20,000 nucleotides of DNA from Lama guanicoe (lineage: Eukaryota), in the NCBI GenBank assembly GCA_013239625.1, contig MU053557.1:1990496-2010495 (forward strand), given 5' to 3'. The notes under the pieces are model-generated. The model saw only the letters and a program-made list of their open reading frames with translations. It was not told where the DNA came from and searched no databases. The translations under genes and the position numbers were made by a program. Below are positions 19,723 to 20,000 of this stretch, piece after piece. The stretch's first letter is position 1. Every line of letters starts with the position of its first letter.

Positions 19723-20000
19723 AGTTTGAGATCATGTTATTATCAGTTTAATAAAAACGGGTATAGGTTAATAGATTTACAAAAAAGGGTAACCACAAGT
19801 CAAAAATTTACAAGGGAGTCACAAAAATTAAATAAAATCCATGATAATACAAAGGAAAATTACCAAACCACAAAAGGAAGAAGAAAGGAACAAAGAGGAT
19901 ATACCAATTCAACTGCAAAGATAAGTTCAAAATGGCAATAAACACACATCTATCATTAATTACTGTAAATGTTAATGGACTAAATGCTCCAGTCAAAAGA
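19723..20000 (+). mobile_element. Young L1 (inter-ORF spacer and start of ORF2 endonuclease), continuing beyond the window
   Basis: A-rich spacer followed by ATG 19932: MAINTHLSLITVNVNGLNAPVKR, matching the L1 endonuclease N-terminal motif (T.NVNGLN.P.KR), uninterrupted to the window end. Confidence 0.9.

Larger units (their letters stand above)
1620..20000 (+). other. SH3RF2: Long SH3RF2 intron continuing beyond the window
   Basis: No SH3-domain exon is seen in any ORF downstream, and the sequence is repeat-rich. Confidence 0.85.

Noticed and set aside
1620..20000. Next SH3RF2 coding exon (first SH3 domain) or a nested novel gene
   Set aside because: No SH3-like peptide appears in the ORF track or on reading. 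Exons shorter than the ORF cutoff cannot be fully excluded without alignment.

Overview
Mammalian (eutherian) genomic DNA, most likely camelid judging by two tRNA-Ala-derived Vic-1-type SINEs. The window holds the 5' end of SH3RF2 (POSH-family RING/SH3 E3 ligase and scaffold) on the + strand: a CpG-rich upstream segment, the first coding exon (acceptor at about 1142/1145, ATG 1242, C3HC4 RING domain, phase-0 donor after 1619), and about 18.4 kb of a long intron. The intron is filled with ancient repeats (MIR, L2, L1M, MaLR/ERVL LTRs, a hAT-type MITE) and younger insertions (two SINEs, an antisense L1 3' end with a perfect 15-bp TSD, and a sense L1 whose ORF2 starts at 19932). I see no prokaryotic-type system, CRISPR array or new gene. 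The most interesting points are regulatory: a 14-codon uORF ending 2 nt before the SH3RF2 start, alternative acceptors that could include or remove it, a possible RING-only isoform, and a few transposon-related details. Repeat family names and boundaries come from visual recognition and are approximate.
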